Below, piece after piece: positions 21,531-31,893 of a DNA stretch of 64,000 bases. The notes under the pieces were generated by a model. It saw only the letters and a list, made by a program, of their open reading frames with translations, made no database searches and was not told the DNA's origin. Position numbers and translations under genes: made by a program. This stretch comes from an uncultured Nitrososphaerales archaeon (GTDB lineage Archaea > Thermoproteota > Nitrososphaeria > Nitrososphaerales > Nitrososphaeraceae), in NCBI GenBank assembly GCA_963695855.1, contig CAVOHZ010000010.1, positions 1,568,001-1,632,000 of the forward strand. Reading direction: 5' to 3'. The first letter of the stretch is position 1, and each line of letters starts with the position of its first letter.

Positions 21531-22850
21531 TTGATTAAAAAAATAATTATCAAAAATCCTAAAGATGATGTAGAGAATATAAGATATAATACAATCGATA
21601 ATTTTTCTGAAGAGATTATCAAAAAGATAGGAGAAATAATAGGTAATGTAAGGAAGGATGGAGATCATGCTCTTAAAAAATACACAGAAGAATATGACAG
21701 AGTTATGATTGATTCAATAAGAGTAAATAAAGATGAAATAAAAGACGCTTACAAACAAGTCACAGATGAACAAGTTAAAACTATATACAAAATAAGAGAG
21801 ACTTTAATTGAAAACGATATCATTTTTCTAGAACATATTAAAAAAATATCCCATTTATATTCAAACAATAGAAGGATTAAACGATTTGTTCAACCAATTT
21901 CAAGTGTAGGTTGTTATATTCCAGGAGGTCTTGCAAGATATCCCAGTACATTGGTTATGTGTGCAACACCAGCAAAACTGGCTGGTGTAAAAAGACTTGT
22001 GGCTATTTCCCCTCCACAAAAGAACGGAAATGTAGATCCTTTAACATTGGTTGCAGCAGATATTTGTGGCATAAATGAATTTTACAAGGTAGGAGGAGCA
22101 CAAGGTATAGCAGCATTAGCTTTTGGTACACATAGTATCAAGAGTGTTGACAAAATAGTTGGACCAGGAGGAATTTTCGTTACAATGGCAAAATTATTGG
22201 TTTCAAACAAAGTATCGATAGATATGATGGCTGGTCCAACAGAATTGGTTATTTATGCGAGTTCAGAAACGAATCCTAGGTATGTTGCGTTAGATTTAGT
22301 TTCTCAGGCAGAACATAGCAAAGACACACTATGTGGTGTAGTTACGAATTCATTGGAATTTGCTGATAAAGTCCAAAATGAGGTCAATAAAATTCTGAAA
22401 AAAAATATATCACGTAAAGAATTTGTTTCAGAAAGTTTAAATAAAAATGGATTTATTGCCATAGCTGAAAATGATGATTTAGCGATAGATTTTGTTAATG
22501 AGATAGCTCCAGAACATTTACAAATTATGTCTATAAAAGAGTTAGATATATCAAGAAAAATTAACTCTGCAGGTCTAATACTAATTGGCGAAAATACTCC
22601 TTCTTCTGCAAGCGATTATTGTTTAGGTTCCAATCACGTTCTTCCTACCATGGGTTTTGGGAAATCACGTGCATCACTGTCTGTATTAGACTTTATTAGG
22701 TTTTCAACTATTATAAAATCTACCAAAAATGACCTAAAAAAAATAGAACCTTTTATCAAAACAATAACACAAGAAGAAGGACTTGTCAATCATTATGAAG
22801 CAGTTAAGGGAAGACTCATAGATATTTCACAAACAATAAAGAAAAAATGA
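21531..22850 (+). CDS. hisD: Histidinol dehydrogenase
   Basis: GCYIPGG, VGGAQGIAAL, IDMMAGPTE, QAEH, APEHL, GSNHVLPT. Confidence 0.96.
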   Translation: MIKKIIIKNPKDDVENIRYNTIDNFSEEIIKKIGEIIGNVRKDGDHALKKYTEEYDRVMIDSIRVNKDEIKDAYKQVTDEQVKTIYKIRETLIENDIIFLEHIKKISHLYSNNRRIKRFVQPISSVGCYIPGGLARYPSTLVMCATPAKLAGVKRLVAISPPQKNGNVDPLTLVAADICGINEFYKVGGAQGIAALAFGTHSIKSVDKIVGPGGIFVTMAKLLVSNKVSIDMMAGPTELVIYASSETNPRYVALDLVSQAEHSKDTLCGVVTNSLEFADKVQNEVNKILKKNISRKEFVSESLNKNGFIAIAENDDLAIDFVNEIAPEHLQIMSIKELDISRKINSAGLILIGENTPSSASDYCLGSNHVLPTMGFGKSRASLSVLDFIRFSTIIKSTKNDLKKIEPFIKTITQEEGLVNHYEAVKGRLIDISQTIKKK

Positions 22851-22864
22851 GATGAAAATTAGTT

Positions 22865-23947
22865 ATGCAAAATTGGCTTGAAAAAAAAATTAATGAATTA
22901 GTAAAAATTGAAGCATATATCAAACCTAAAAAAAATGATGGAATAAAACTAGACTCTAATGAAAATCTTGTTTTAAAAAGTGACTTCATTAGAGATATTT
23001 CATTAAAAGTATCAAAAGAAGTTGATCTAAGAGAATACCCATTACAGCAGATTGAAGACTTCTACATGCGACTATCACAATACACAAAAATAAGTAAAAA
23101 GTATTTATCGATAGGCAATGGTTCTGATCAGATAATAGATCTGGTATTATCAATTTTTGGAAAAAAGAATCGAGTAACTACTTTCACTCCTACATTTACA
23201 TACTTTGTAGATAGATGTAAGCTTTATTCTGTTGTAGTAGATAAAGTACCCCTTCGAAAGGAAGATAACTCACTGGATAAACCAGAATTCATCAAAAGTG
23301 CAAAAAAATCTCAAATAATATATATTTGTTCACCAAATAATCCTACAGGAAATCAGATAGAAGAAGCACAATTATTAGAAATTATTAATCAGTTAGATGA
23401 TAAGCTAATAATAATAGATGAGGCATATGTAGAATTTGCTGATTATTCGATTGCTACGAAAATAATAAAAAAAGACAATGTTATAGTTTTGAGGACATTA
23501 TCAAAAGCAGTTGGTTTGGCAGGGGCAAGATTGGGTTATTGTATTTCCAATGAGAAATTTACAAATATTTTCAAATCAGTTATACAATCCCCTTATCCTA
23601 TTAATACCTTATCGCTATGTATAGGCACTGAAATTCTGAAAAATTCTGACTATATTAAAGATGTTGTAAAAGTAATTAAAAAGGAAAGAGAACGTATATA
23701 TGACTATTTGAAATCCACAAAAAGTCGAATCCGAGTTTTTAAAAGCGATGCTAATTTTATTTTCATCCAGATCATAGATATCCATAAATATATCACAATT
23801 CTAGAAACACTAGAAAAGGAAAAAATCAGGGTAAAAGCATTAGGAAAAATTGAAGGCAGAGAAGGAAGATATATTAGAGTAACAATTGGAACGAAAGAAA
23901 TGAATGATAGGTTTTTGAAAGTATTACAGAAAGTATATAATGTATAA
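22865..23947 (+). CDS. hisC: Histidinol-phosphate aminotransferase
   Basis: LDSNEN, GNGSD, SPNNPTG, IDEAYVEF, RTLSKAVGLAGARLG. Confidence 0.94.
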   Translation: MQNWLEKKINELVKIEAYIKPKKNDGIKLDSNENLVLKSDFIRDISLKVSKEVDLREYPLQQIEDFYMRLSQYTKISKKYLSIGNGSDQIIDLVLSIFGKKNRVTTFTPTFTYFVDRCKLYSVVVDKVPLRKEDNSLDKPEFIKSAKKSQIIYICSPNNPTGNQIEEAQLLEIINQLDDKLIIIDEAYVEFADYSIATKIIKKDNVIVLRTLSKAVGLAGARLGYCISNEKFTNIFKSVIQSPYPINTLSLCIGTEILKNSDYIKDVVKVIKKERERIYDYLKSTKSRIRVFKSDANFIFIQIIDIHKYITILETLEKEKIRVKALGKIEGREGRYIRVTIGTKEMNDRFLKVLQKVYNV

Positions 23948-24986
23948 AAAAATAACAGAAACAGATTTCATTTCCTCAAATGCAAAATATAACAACATTG
24001 GAGTAACTTCTATTATTGTTGATATTGATGGAGTATTGATAGATGTCAGAAAATCTTATAACGAAGCGATAAAAAAAACAACACAATTTATAACAAATTA
24101 TTTGAAAAAATATCGTTCTAAAAATATTGTTTCAGACAATATAATTTCGAGATTTAGACAGTCAGGAGGATTTAACAACGATACAGATACAAGTTATGCT
24201 ATTACTCTTACTTTGTTATTAAATTGTAATTTTCAAAATGATGATTTGAAAGGAGTTCTTTTTAGAACAGCAGAGAATTTGGATGAAAGTGGAATAATCT
24301 CCGTCGAAAAATTTTTGAAAAAATCATTAAATCACTCTAAAAAAGTGTCAGAGAAAGATGATTTAGATTTTGATAAAATTAGAAAAGACTTGAATTATCC
24401 TGGACCAGTTGGAAAGAGCATAGTTTCTACGGTATTTGATGAATTTTTTTATGGACAAAAATTATTTAGAATGAAGTATGGATTTGATACAAATTATTAT
24501 TTTGGTAAACCATTAATAGAAAATGACAAGATAATAATTACTAACAAAACTATTAGAGCTTTGTCGAAAAAATTCAATGGCAAGATTGCAATGGTTTCTG
24601 GAAGGAGTAAGATAGCTGCTAAGTTTTCATTAGATAGAAAATTCATATTGTTAAATGGTAATAAGAGCATATTTCTTGAAGATGAGAAAAGAAGATATGC
24701 CAAACCAAATCCGCATGGTTTGATAAGAGTAATAAAATGTATGGATTCTAATCATGATATAATATATTGTGGAGATTCGATTGAGGATTCAATAATGGCT
24801 AAAAGAGCCGAAAGAGAGATAAATTTAACAAAGAGGAAAAAAAATGAAAGAACAAAAGTATTTTTTTGTGGAGTATATGGCTGTAGCACTAATCAACGAG
24901 AATTAATTAAAAAATTTAAAGATAAAAATGCAGATTTTATTATTAAAAGCATTAACAATTTACCAAATGTATTAAATAAAGTATGA
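23940..24986 (+). CDS. HAD-superfamily hydrolase, candidate histidinol-phosphate phosphatase
   Basis: DIDGVL motif I, SGR, KPNP, CGDSIED; lies between hisC and hisB. Confidence 0.8.
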   Translation: MYKKITETDFISSNAKYNNIGVTSIIVDIDGVLIDVRKSYNEAIKKTTQFITNYLKKYRSKNIVSDNIISRFRQSGGFNNDTDTSYAITLTLLLNCNFQNDDLKGVLFRTAENLDESGIISVEKFLKKSLNHSKKVSEKDDLDFDKIRKDLNYPGPVGKSIVSTVFDEFFYGQKLFRMKYGFDTNYYFGKPLIENDKIIITNKTIRALSKKFNGKIAMVSGRSKIAAKFSLDRKFILLNGNKSIFLEDEKRRYAKPNPHGLIRVIKCMDSNHDIIYCGDSIEDSIMAKRAEREINLTKRKKNERTKVFFCGVYGCSTNQRELIKKFKDKNADFIIKSINNLPNVLNKV

Positions 24987-25001
24987 TAAAAATATACTTA
25001 G

Positions 25002-25619
25002 TTGAATTCTGATTCTCCTGATACCAATGTATCTTACATGAGGCATATGAAGAAGGAAAGGAATACCAAAGAGACGAATATTAAAGTAGAAGTTAATATC
25101 GATGGAATAGGATTAGTTAACATTAGAACAGGATATCCGTTTATTGATCACCTCGTATCAACATTTGGTAAACATAGTATGACAGATATCAACTTGGAAG
25201 CAAAATCAAACGACAAAATATCTCATCACTTAATAGAAGATGTAGCAATAACTATTGGTCAAGCAATAAATAATGCTCTATCAGATAGGACAAAAATTAG
25301 TAGATTTGGATATGCTACTATTCCTATGGATGAATCATTGGCTGTTTCATCGATTGATCTTGTTAAAAGGCAATATTCTAAATTGAATTTAGGACTTGCA
25401 AGAAAAGAAGTTGAAGGAGTATCTAAGGAAGATTTGGAACATTTCATTAAGAGTTTGTTACAAAATATAAATGGATGTATTCACGTGTATGTTCAATATG
25501 GAGAGAACGATCATCACAAGATTGAAGCTGCTATGAAGGCTTTTGCAGTAGCATTTCGAATGGCTGCTAAGATAGATTCCAAACAAACCGACATCCCAAG
25601 TACAAAAGGTGTAATGTAG
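25002..25619 (+). CDS. hisB: Imidazoleglycerol-phosphate dehydratase
   Basis: RNTKET, HHLIED, PMDES, GENDHHKIEA, PSTKG. Confidence 0.95.
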   Translation: MNSDSPDTNVSYMRHMKKERNTKETNIKVEVNIDGIGLVNIRTGYPFIDHLVSTFGKHSMTDINLEAKSNDKISHHLIEDVAITIGQAINNALSDRTKISRFGYATIPMDESLAVSSIDLVKRQYSKLNLGLARKEVEGVSKEDLEHFIKSLLQNINGCIHVYVQYGENDHHKIEAAMKAFAVAFRMAAKIDSKQTDIPSTKGVM

Positions 25620-25622
25620 ATA

Positions 25623-26243
25623 GTGAGTAAAATAGCAATTTTTGATTATGGTGCTGGCAATCTATATAGTCTGAAATGTGCGTTAGAAAGAAATGGAGCT
25701 AAACAGGTTTCAATTATTAAAACCTTAAAAAATGTTAATAGATATAATGGATTGATTCTTCCTGGAGTTGGAAATTTTGATCCTGCAATAAGATCAATTG
25801 AACCATATAGAGAAAATTTTTGTGATCTCGTAGACAGGAAAATTCCCGTACTTGGAATTTGCCTAGGAATGGAAATGTTATTTAAAAATAGTGAAGAAGG
25901 AGAATTAGAAGGATTGAGAATTTTTGATGGTAATGTGATTATCCTACCTAAAAAGAAAGTTAAAGTTCCACATATGGGTTGGAACAATCTTGATATAACT
26001 AATAAAGATAGCAAAATTTTACGTGGAATAGAAAATGAGGCATGGGTATATTTTGTTCATTCATATTATATCGGTCATGTGAATAAAGATATAATAGTTG
26101 CCAAATCTATTTATGGAAAAGATATACCCGTTGTTATCGAAAAAGACAATATATTTGGAACACAATTTCATCCTGAAAAATCTGGTAGTAACGGTAAAAA
26201 AATAATTAAAAATTTTTTGAATGTGTGTGATAATAAAAAATGA
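25623..26243 (+). CDS. hisH: Imidazole glycerol phosphate synthase glutaminase subunit
   Basis: DYGAGN, LPGVG, GICLG, PHMGWN, YFVHSY, QFHPEKS. Confidence 0.96.
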   Translation: MSKIAIFDYGAGNLYSLKCALERNGAKQVSIIKTLKNVNRYNGLILPGVGNFDPAIRSIEPYRENFCDLVDRKIPVLGICLGMEMLFKNSEEGELEGLRIFDGNVIILPKKKVKVPHMGWNNLDITNKDSKILRGIENEAWVYFVHSYYIGHVNKDIIVAKSIYGKDIPVVIEKDNIFGTQFHPEKSGSNGKKIIKNFLNVCDNKK

Positions 26244-26962
26244 AAATAATACCTGCTATTGATATTCTTGAGGGAAAAGTTGTAAGATTGATTAAGGGAG
26301 ATCCGCAAAACAAAATTGTTTATAGTGATGATCCTATTGAAATTGCAAAAAATTTTGAAAGTTACGAAGTTGACAGAATACATGTTGTAGATCTGGATGC
26401 TACGTTAAGAACAGGATGGAATGACAACAAAAACAACAAAGATATAGTATTGAAAATTATAGAATCAGTAAAAATTCCTGTTCAAGTGGCAGGCGGAATA
26501 AGATCAATTGAAGCTATTAATGAGATGTTGTATGGAAATGCAGAAAAAATTGTGATCGGAACATTGGCATATAAACAGCCAAATGTCTTTCAACAAGTTC
26601 CAAAAGAAAAATTGGAGAAGATAATTGTTTCAATAGATCAAAATAAGGGAATAGTAATGATTGATGGATGGAGACAGCCCTCTGGATTTAAAGTAATTGA
26701 AGCAGTAAAGATCTTTATGGCAAAAGGAATCAAAGAATTTTTGTTAACTACAGTAGAAAGGGATGGTACATTAAATGGACCCGATATAAACATGCTATCT
26801 TACGCATCAAATATTTTCGGTTCAAAAATAATTGCTAGTGGAGGAATTTCAAGTGTTGAAGATATTATAAGAGTAAAAAATATTGGTTGTTCGGCAGTTA
26901 TCCTTGGAAAGTCCATTTATGATAGAAAAATAGATGTAAAAAAAGCAAGAGCGGTTGTCTGA
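26240..26962 (+). CDS. hisA: ProFAR isomerase
   Basis: IIPAIDILEGKVVRL, HVVDLD, GGIRS, DGTLNG, IASGG. Confidence 0.95.
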   Translation: MKIIPAIDILEGKVVRLIKGDPQNKIVYSDDPIEIAKNFESYEVDRIHVVDLDATLRTGWNDNKNNKDIVLKIIESVKIPVQVAGGIRSIEAINEMLYGNAEKIVIGTLAYKQPNVFQQVPKEKLEKIIVSIDQNKGIVMIDGWRQPSGFKVIEAVKIFMAKGIKEFLLTTVERDGTLNGPDINMLSYASNIFGSKIIASGGISSVEDIIRVKNIGCSAVILGKSIYDRKIDVKKARAVV

Positions 26963-26965
26963 ATT

Positions 26966-27793
26966 ATGACATTAGCAAAGAGAATCATACCTTGTTTGGA
27001 TGTAGATAATGGAAGAGTAGTTAAGGGAATAAAGTTTAAAGAAGTAAAGGATGCTGGCGATCCGGTAGAATTTGCGAATAGATATACACAACAAGGAGCA
27101 GATGAACTGGTCTTCTTGGATATTACAGCCTCACAACAGAGACGCGAGATAATAAAGAAAGTAGTACAAAATGTAGCAAGGGTAATAGATATTCCATTTA
27201 CAGTAGGTGGCGGAATCAAGAGACTTGAGGATGCGAGAGATATATTATTAAGCGGAGCAGATAAAGTCTCTATCAATACGTCTGCAGTGAAGAATCCTGA
27301 ATTAATTACAGAGCTGATGTCTATTTTTGGAAGACAATGTATAGTTGTTGCGATCGACGTTAAAAAAAAATATAATGATTTAGATACCAAAAAAAAGAAT
27401 ATAATAAAAGAATATGACAAGAACAATAATCTGATTAAAAAATACTGGTTTGAGGTAAGAATTTACGGTGGAAAAGAGGGTACTGGTATAGATGCTATAG
27501 AATGGGCACGAGAAGTAGAAAAATTAGGTGCCGGTGAACTTCTTTTGACAAGCATTGATGCAGATGGAACAGAAGAAGGGTATGATTTGAAATTGAATGA
27601 TGTAATTTGTAAGACAGTAAGTATTCCGGTCATAGCTTCTGGTGGCTGTGGTAAAGCTATGCATATGTTAGAAGTCTTTAAAAAAACGAATGTAGATGCA
27701 GCATTAGCTGCCTCGATATTCCATTATGAAAAATCAACCATAAATAAAGTAAAAAGATTCTTAAAAAGAAATAATATTCATGTGAGAATATAA
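26966..27793 (+). CDS. hisF: Imidazole glycerol phosphate synthase cyclase subunit
   Basis: [42 protein letters not shown]. Confidence 0.97.
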   Translation: MTLAKRIIPCLDVDNGRVVKGIKFKEVKDAGDPVEFANRYTQQGADELVFLDITASQQRREIIKKVVQNVARVIDIPFTVGGGIKRLEDARDILLSGADKVSINTSAVKNPELITELMSIFGRQCIVVAIDVKKKYNDLDTKKKNIIKEYDKNNNLIKKYWFEVRIYGGKEGTGIDAIEWAREVEKLGAGELLLTSIDADGTEEGYDLKLNDVICKTVSIPVIASGGCGKAMHMLEVFKKTNVDAALAASIFHYEKSTINKVKRFLKRNNIHVRI

Positions 27794-27871
27794 AAGACAA
27801 AGCGTTATTGGTTAAAGATCAAATTGCAATAAATTTGGAGAAGCAATCGATAAAAATAGTTACAATAATAT

Positions 27872-28165
27872 CTATTTATTCAACCCTTGTAGATGACCCT
27901 CTTGTTCTAATTTGTCAGCGTGGGCGGCAATATACCTCCAGACAATATCAGCTTTATCTGATTGAAAATCCCATGGAGCAAGAAGAACTAGATCATTTTC
28001 TCTGATCCACATTCGTCTTTTAATTTTTCCACGAATACGACATGTACGAATTTTTCCATCAGTACACTTTACAATAACGTTATCTCCTCCTACTAGTTTG
28101 ATAACTCGTCCAAACATTTCTCCTTCATGCGGCATCACAAGCTCCTTAAGCTCAGCCTCATTCAA
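27872..28165 (-). CDS. eif1a: Translation initiation factor aIF-1A (N-terminus may extend to 28183)
   Basis: GRVIKLVGG, CTDGKIRTCRIRGKIKRRMWI, PWDFQSDKADIVWRY. Confidence 0.95.
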   Translation of the reverse strand: MNEAELKELVMPHEGEMFGRVIKLVGGDNVIVKCTDGKIRTCRIRGKIKRRMWIRENDLVLLAPWDFQSDKADIVWRYIAAHADKLEQEGHLQGLNK

Positions 28166-28906
28166 AACTTTTCTTTTACCTAAATCTGATCATTCCTTAA
28201 TTAATTTAGATATAGAGTAATTTAAAAATGTATTGGCAGCTGAGAAAGCGCAGTAATATACAAAAATATTAGTTACACCCAATTAAAATTTTGTTGAAGG
28301 ATATCGTTTATACGTGACTGTTCAATCATAATGATGCATGGGATGTATACATATATTTTTTGCAATTATATTAAAAAGGATGTAAAATAATATTTATTAC
28401 AAATCGAATTTATATAAATTCTGATATTATATTTTTTATCTTTTTAATTATGTCCAAATTTAAAGATATTATAAAGTTCTTATTTATAATATCAAGAGAT
28501 TTCTTTAATGAAAAAATGGATAATATACTACTAAATGATTTCGTTAACTTAATTGATAAAAATATGATGTTTCAAAGTTCTATAATGAATTTTATATAAA
28601 TCTATAACTAAATTGATACAACACTTTATTGTATGACAAAGTAGATTTATTTAAGTTGATTGGTACAAAACTGGCAAGAAAGTATCTATTATTTGATGCT
28701 TTCCTTTATAAAGGTACTCTGGATTACAGATATTTTTGGATTTTATTGTAGACTGCTAAAAGAACATAAACTGGAAAGAGTAGTATCAACATCCGTTGTA
28801 GTAAACAAGATAACATATATTGGTTTTTGGGGTATTCTTGTAATATTTATCTATAAATATATTTAATTTCGAATTCCTTTGGTTCTTATACTCTTTATTT
28901 TATAAT

Positions 28907-30130
28907 TTGTTTATAATGGTTGTTGGTATTGAGGTCGGACAGTTCATCCAAGATTTTTCAGTTATTATGATTATTGCATCTGTCATGGCGTTCATCTCAT
29001 TTAAATTTAAACAACCGCTAGTTATTGGTTATATCCTTGCAGGAATGATCATCGGTCCACATACTCCACCATTTAGTTTAATATTAAATCCAGATATTTT
29101 GAATTTGTTTGCAGAAATGGGTATAATTCTTTTGTTATTTGTTGTTGGTATGGAATTTCCTATAGACAAACTACGCAAAATTGGAAAGAAAGCATTAATG
29201 ATAGCAACATCAGAAGCATTTGGAACATTTGTGATAGGTTTTTCTGTAAGTTTCTTTCTACTAAATTTTTCATTTTTCGATTCAGCATTTGTTGCACTTG
29301 CAATTTCAGTTACTAGTACCATCATCATTATGAAGGTATTAGAAGAGCTAGATATAATCAAGGAAGAGGCATCCTATATAGTTCTGGGAGTAGCGGTAAT
29401 GGAAGACATCTTAATTATCTCAATGTTGGCAGTATTACAATCTGTTAGTTCGTCATCAGGGGATCTGTCAATTGTTGATATTTTAATATCTATTAGTATA
29501 ACAATTGCATTTATTTTTGGAGTCTTGTTTTTAGGATCAAAAACTATACCAAAATTTATCAATTTTATTGGCAAATTCAATCAACATGAGGTTCTGATAC
29601 TAGTGGTTCTAGGAGTGGCATTTGGGTTATCCTATATATCTTATCAAATAGGAATCTCAGTAGCAACAGGTGCATTCTTTGCTGGTGTACTGATAGCAGA
29701 ATCAAAAGTTCATGCAGTTACAAGAATTTTAGCAACTCCAATTAGAGATATGTTTGGAGCAATATTTTTTGTATCTGTTGGTGCACTAATGGACATGTCG
29801 TTATTAGTGGTATTTATTATTCCAGCTTCAATCTTGGTGATAGTTTCAATTTCTGCCAAATTTCTTACGGTATTTCTCTCATCAAAATCGCAACGATTTA
29901 GTTCAGCAACTTCTATGAAGGCAGCTTTTGGTCTATCTTCATCAGGAGGAGAACTAGCACTTGTTGTAGCAAAAGGTGGAGCAGATACAGGTCTTACAAG
30001 TGCATTTCTTCTTCCAATGATAGGAGCAATGACCATAATTACAACATTTATCTCGCCTTATATGATTAAACTAGGTTGGAAACTACCAGATAAGATACTA
30101 TCATCTAAAAATGAAGAAAAAGATAGATAA
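28907..30130 (+). CDS. CPA2/Kef-type cation:proton antiporter (paralog of 4191-5462)
   Basis: QDFSVIM, GYILAGMIIGPHTPPFSLI, TSTII, VMEDIL, GAFFAG. Confidence 0.9.
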   Translation: MFIMVVGIEVGQFIQDFSVIMIIASVMAFISFKFKQPLVIGYILAGMIIGPHTPPFSLILNPDILNLFAEMGIILLLFVVGMEFPIDKLRKIGKKALMIATSEAFGTFVIGFSVSFFLLNFSFFDSAFVALAISVTSTIIIMKVLEELDIIKEEASYIVLGVAVMEDILIISMLAVLQSVSSSSGDLSIVDILISISITIAFIFGVLFLGSKTIPKFINFIGKFNQHEVLILVVLGVAFGLSYISYQIGISVATGAFFAGVLIAESKVHAVTRILATPIRDMFGAIFFVSVGALMDMSLLVVFIIPASILVIVSISAKFLTVFLSSKSQRFSSATSMKAAFGLSSSGGELALVVAKGGADTGLTSAFLLPMIGAMTIITTFISPYMIKLGWKLPDKILSSKNEEKDR

Positions 30131-30171
30131 ATAAAAAATTAATATTAAATCATATGTCAGTATTAATTATC

Positions 30172-30543
30172 TTAGTCCTTTAGTAAATCTAGAATACTTT
30201 CATGTTCACCTATCAGAATTCCTTTTCTTTCAAATAATTGCACTACACATACTGTAAATCCTACATGTGCACAACTATCGTCTTTACAATATGTACAGAA
30301 TGGAACACCATCATTGATGGATATTATCACGTCAGAATGTAGAGTATTATCATTTATAATAGATTCTTTATCTTTTTCATATCTTTTAAGTATCATATGA
30401 TTAACAGGAGAGTTTTTATTTTCTGAATTTAACCATTCCACAAAAGCAAATTCTCCATAATCCAAATTAGAAATATGAATTTTGTTTGCTTGCTTCTCTG
30501 ATGTTATTGCGTTTTTCAAATTTTTATCGATATCTTCGAACAT
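30172..30543 (-). CDS. Hypothetical protein with C-terminal CxxC...CxH putative Zn site
   Basis: PFCTYCKDDSCAHVGF. Confidence 0.6.
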   Translation of the reverse strand: MFEDIDKNLKNAITSEKQANKIHISNLDYGEFAFVEWLNSENKNSPVNHMILKRYEKDKESIINDNTLHSDVIISINDGVPFCTYCKDDSCAHVGFTVCVVQLFERKGILIGEHESILDLLKD

Positions 30544-30718
30544 TTTATGATCTTTTTTTATTACTCCTACTGCTTTGAATAGGCCTCATTTATAGTAATT
30601 CTCACTATCAACTAAATAAAATATAAAGATTTGGGATATATTCTATACGGCTCTGTAGGTGAAATGTTCGACAGAGCTAACATTCAAGAAGAAAGCCACT
30701 ACCAATACTCTTGCAAAT

Positions 30719-31747
30719 ATGTATGCGGCATTAGATTTAGGACAGAAAAACATTCAGGCAGTATTGAAAAATAAAGATGGTAAGATTATAAAGGAAAATA
30801 AAATACAGCGTAATACCAAAACAATACTAGAATTTCTTGATAATAGTAACAAGAATCATAATAATATTGATATTGTAATGGAGTCTGGTTACAACTATCA
30901 ATATCTATATGATCTTTTACAAGATGAAGGTTATAATGTAAAAGTAGCACATCCACTAATGGTCAAGGCAATAGCATATGCTAAAGTCAAGACAGATAAA
31001 GTAGATGCTAGAATATTAGCAGATCTACTAAGAATGGATATGATACCAGAATGTTATATACCTAATAAAGATATAAGAAATTTACGAGATCTAGTTAGAC
31101 GCAGATACTATTTTGTCAGTATTCGAACAATGTTCAAAAACAAAGCACATGTTGAGATGAGTAAAAGATGGTTAGATGCTAATGTGACTAATAATATAAC
31201 AACAACAATGATTAAAAATGATCCATTTTCTAAAAAAGGAAAATGTCATTTACGTTCACTGGGAATACATGCATTAGATGATTGCCTTGATACCATAGAT
31301 TTTCTAGATAGAAAAATAAAAGAGTTGGATACAGAAATAAAGAAATTGGCAATAGAAGATAAATACTCTAAACATCTTATGACAATTCCAGGTATATCTT
31401 ACTATGCAGCTCTTCTAATATCAAGCGAGATAGCAGATATTAACAGGTTTCCAGACTATGAACATCTGTGTTCTTATGCTAGATTAGTACCTGGTACATA
31501 TCAATCTGGAAATACATCATTCTCAAAAACAGACAAAAAACAAGGGAGCAAAATGCTAAACTGGATTATGGTACAGTGTACTCATACACATGTACGTTAT
31601 TGCCAATCATCGATAACAGTACATTACAACAAGATAAAGAATAGAAAGAGAAATAACAAAATTGCTATAATTGCAGCAGCAAGAAAATTAATGCGTGTGA
31701 TATATGTTATGCTAAAGGAAGATCGTCCCTTTAGACTGGATGAATAA
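30719..31747 (+). CDS. IS110-family DEDD recombinase/transposase
   Basis: ALDLG, VMESG, KTDKVDA (DEDD); TIPGI and SYARLVPGTYQSG with catalytic Ser; ATG at 30719. Confidence 0.95.
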   Translation: MYAALDLGQKNIQAVLKNKDGKIIKENKIQRNTKTILEFLDNSNKNHNNIDIVMESGYNYQYLYDLLQDEGYNVKVAHPLMVKAIAYAKVKTDKVDARILADLLRMDMIPECYIPNKDIRNLRDLVRRRYYFVSIRTMFKNKAHVEMSKRWLDANVTNNITTTMIKNDPFSKKGKCHLRSLGIHALDDCLDTIDFLDRKIKELDTEIKKLAIEDKYSKHLMTIPGISYYAALLISSEIADINRFPDYEHLCSYARLVPGTYQSGNTSFSKTDKKQGSKMLNWIMVQCTHTHVRYCQSSITVHYNKIKNRKRNNKIAIIAAARKLMRVIYVMLKEDRPFRLDE

Positions 31748-31759
31748 TAATATAGTATA

Positions 31760-31893
31760 GGACCTCTTGGTTTCTTGCATCGTCATATTGTTATTATTAT
31801 ATGATAAGTATGATGGATGCCATCTGTAGGTTAGGTCTGGCTACTACTAGCGCAAAGCCACGGTGCACTATTGGTGCGTATGGGAGAATGCTA
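31760..31893 (+). ncRNA. Predicted bridge/seek RNA of the IS110 element
   Basis: Two stem-loops with internal loops carrying TGGTTTCT and TCTGTAG (target matches) and ATGGGAG (match to the element's right end); ends approximate. Confidence 0.8.

Noticed and set aside
28200-28900. Long intergenic region with 68-aa ORF 28660-28866
   Set aside because: AT-rich, no motif or RNA structure I can support
30659-30718. GTG start and first 20 codons of the IS110 ORF
   Set aside because: This is the element's left non-coding end; family homology begins at ATG 30719
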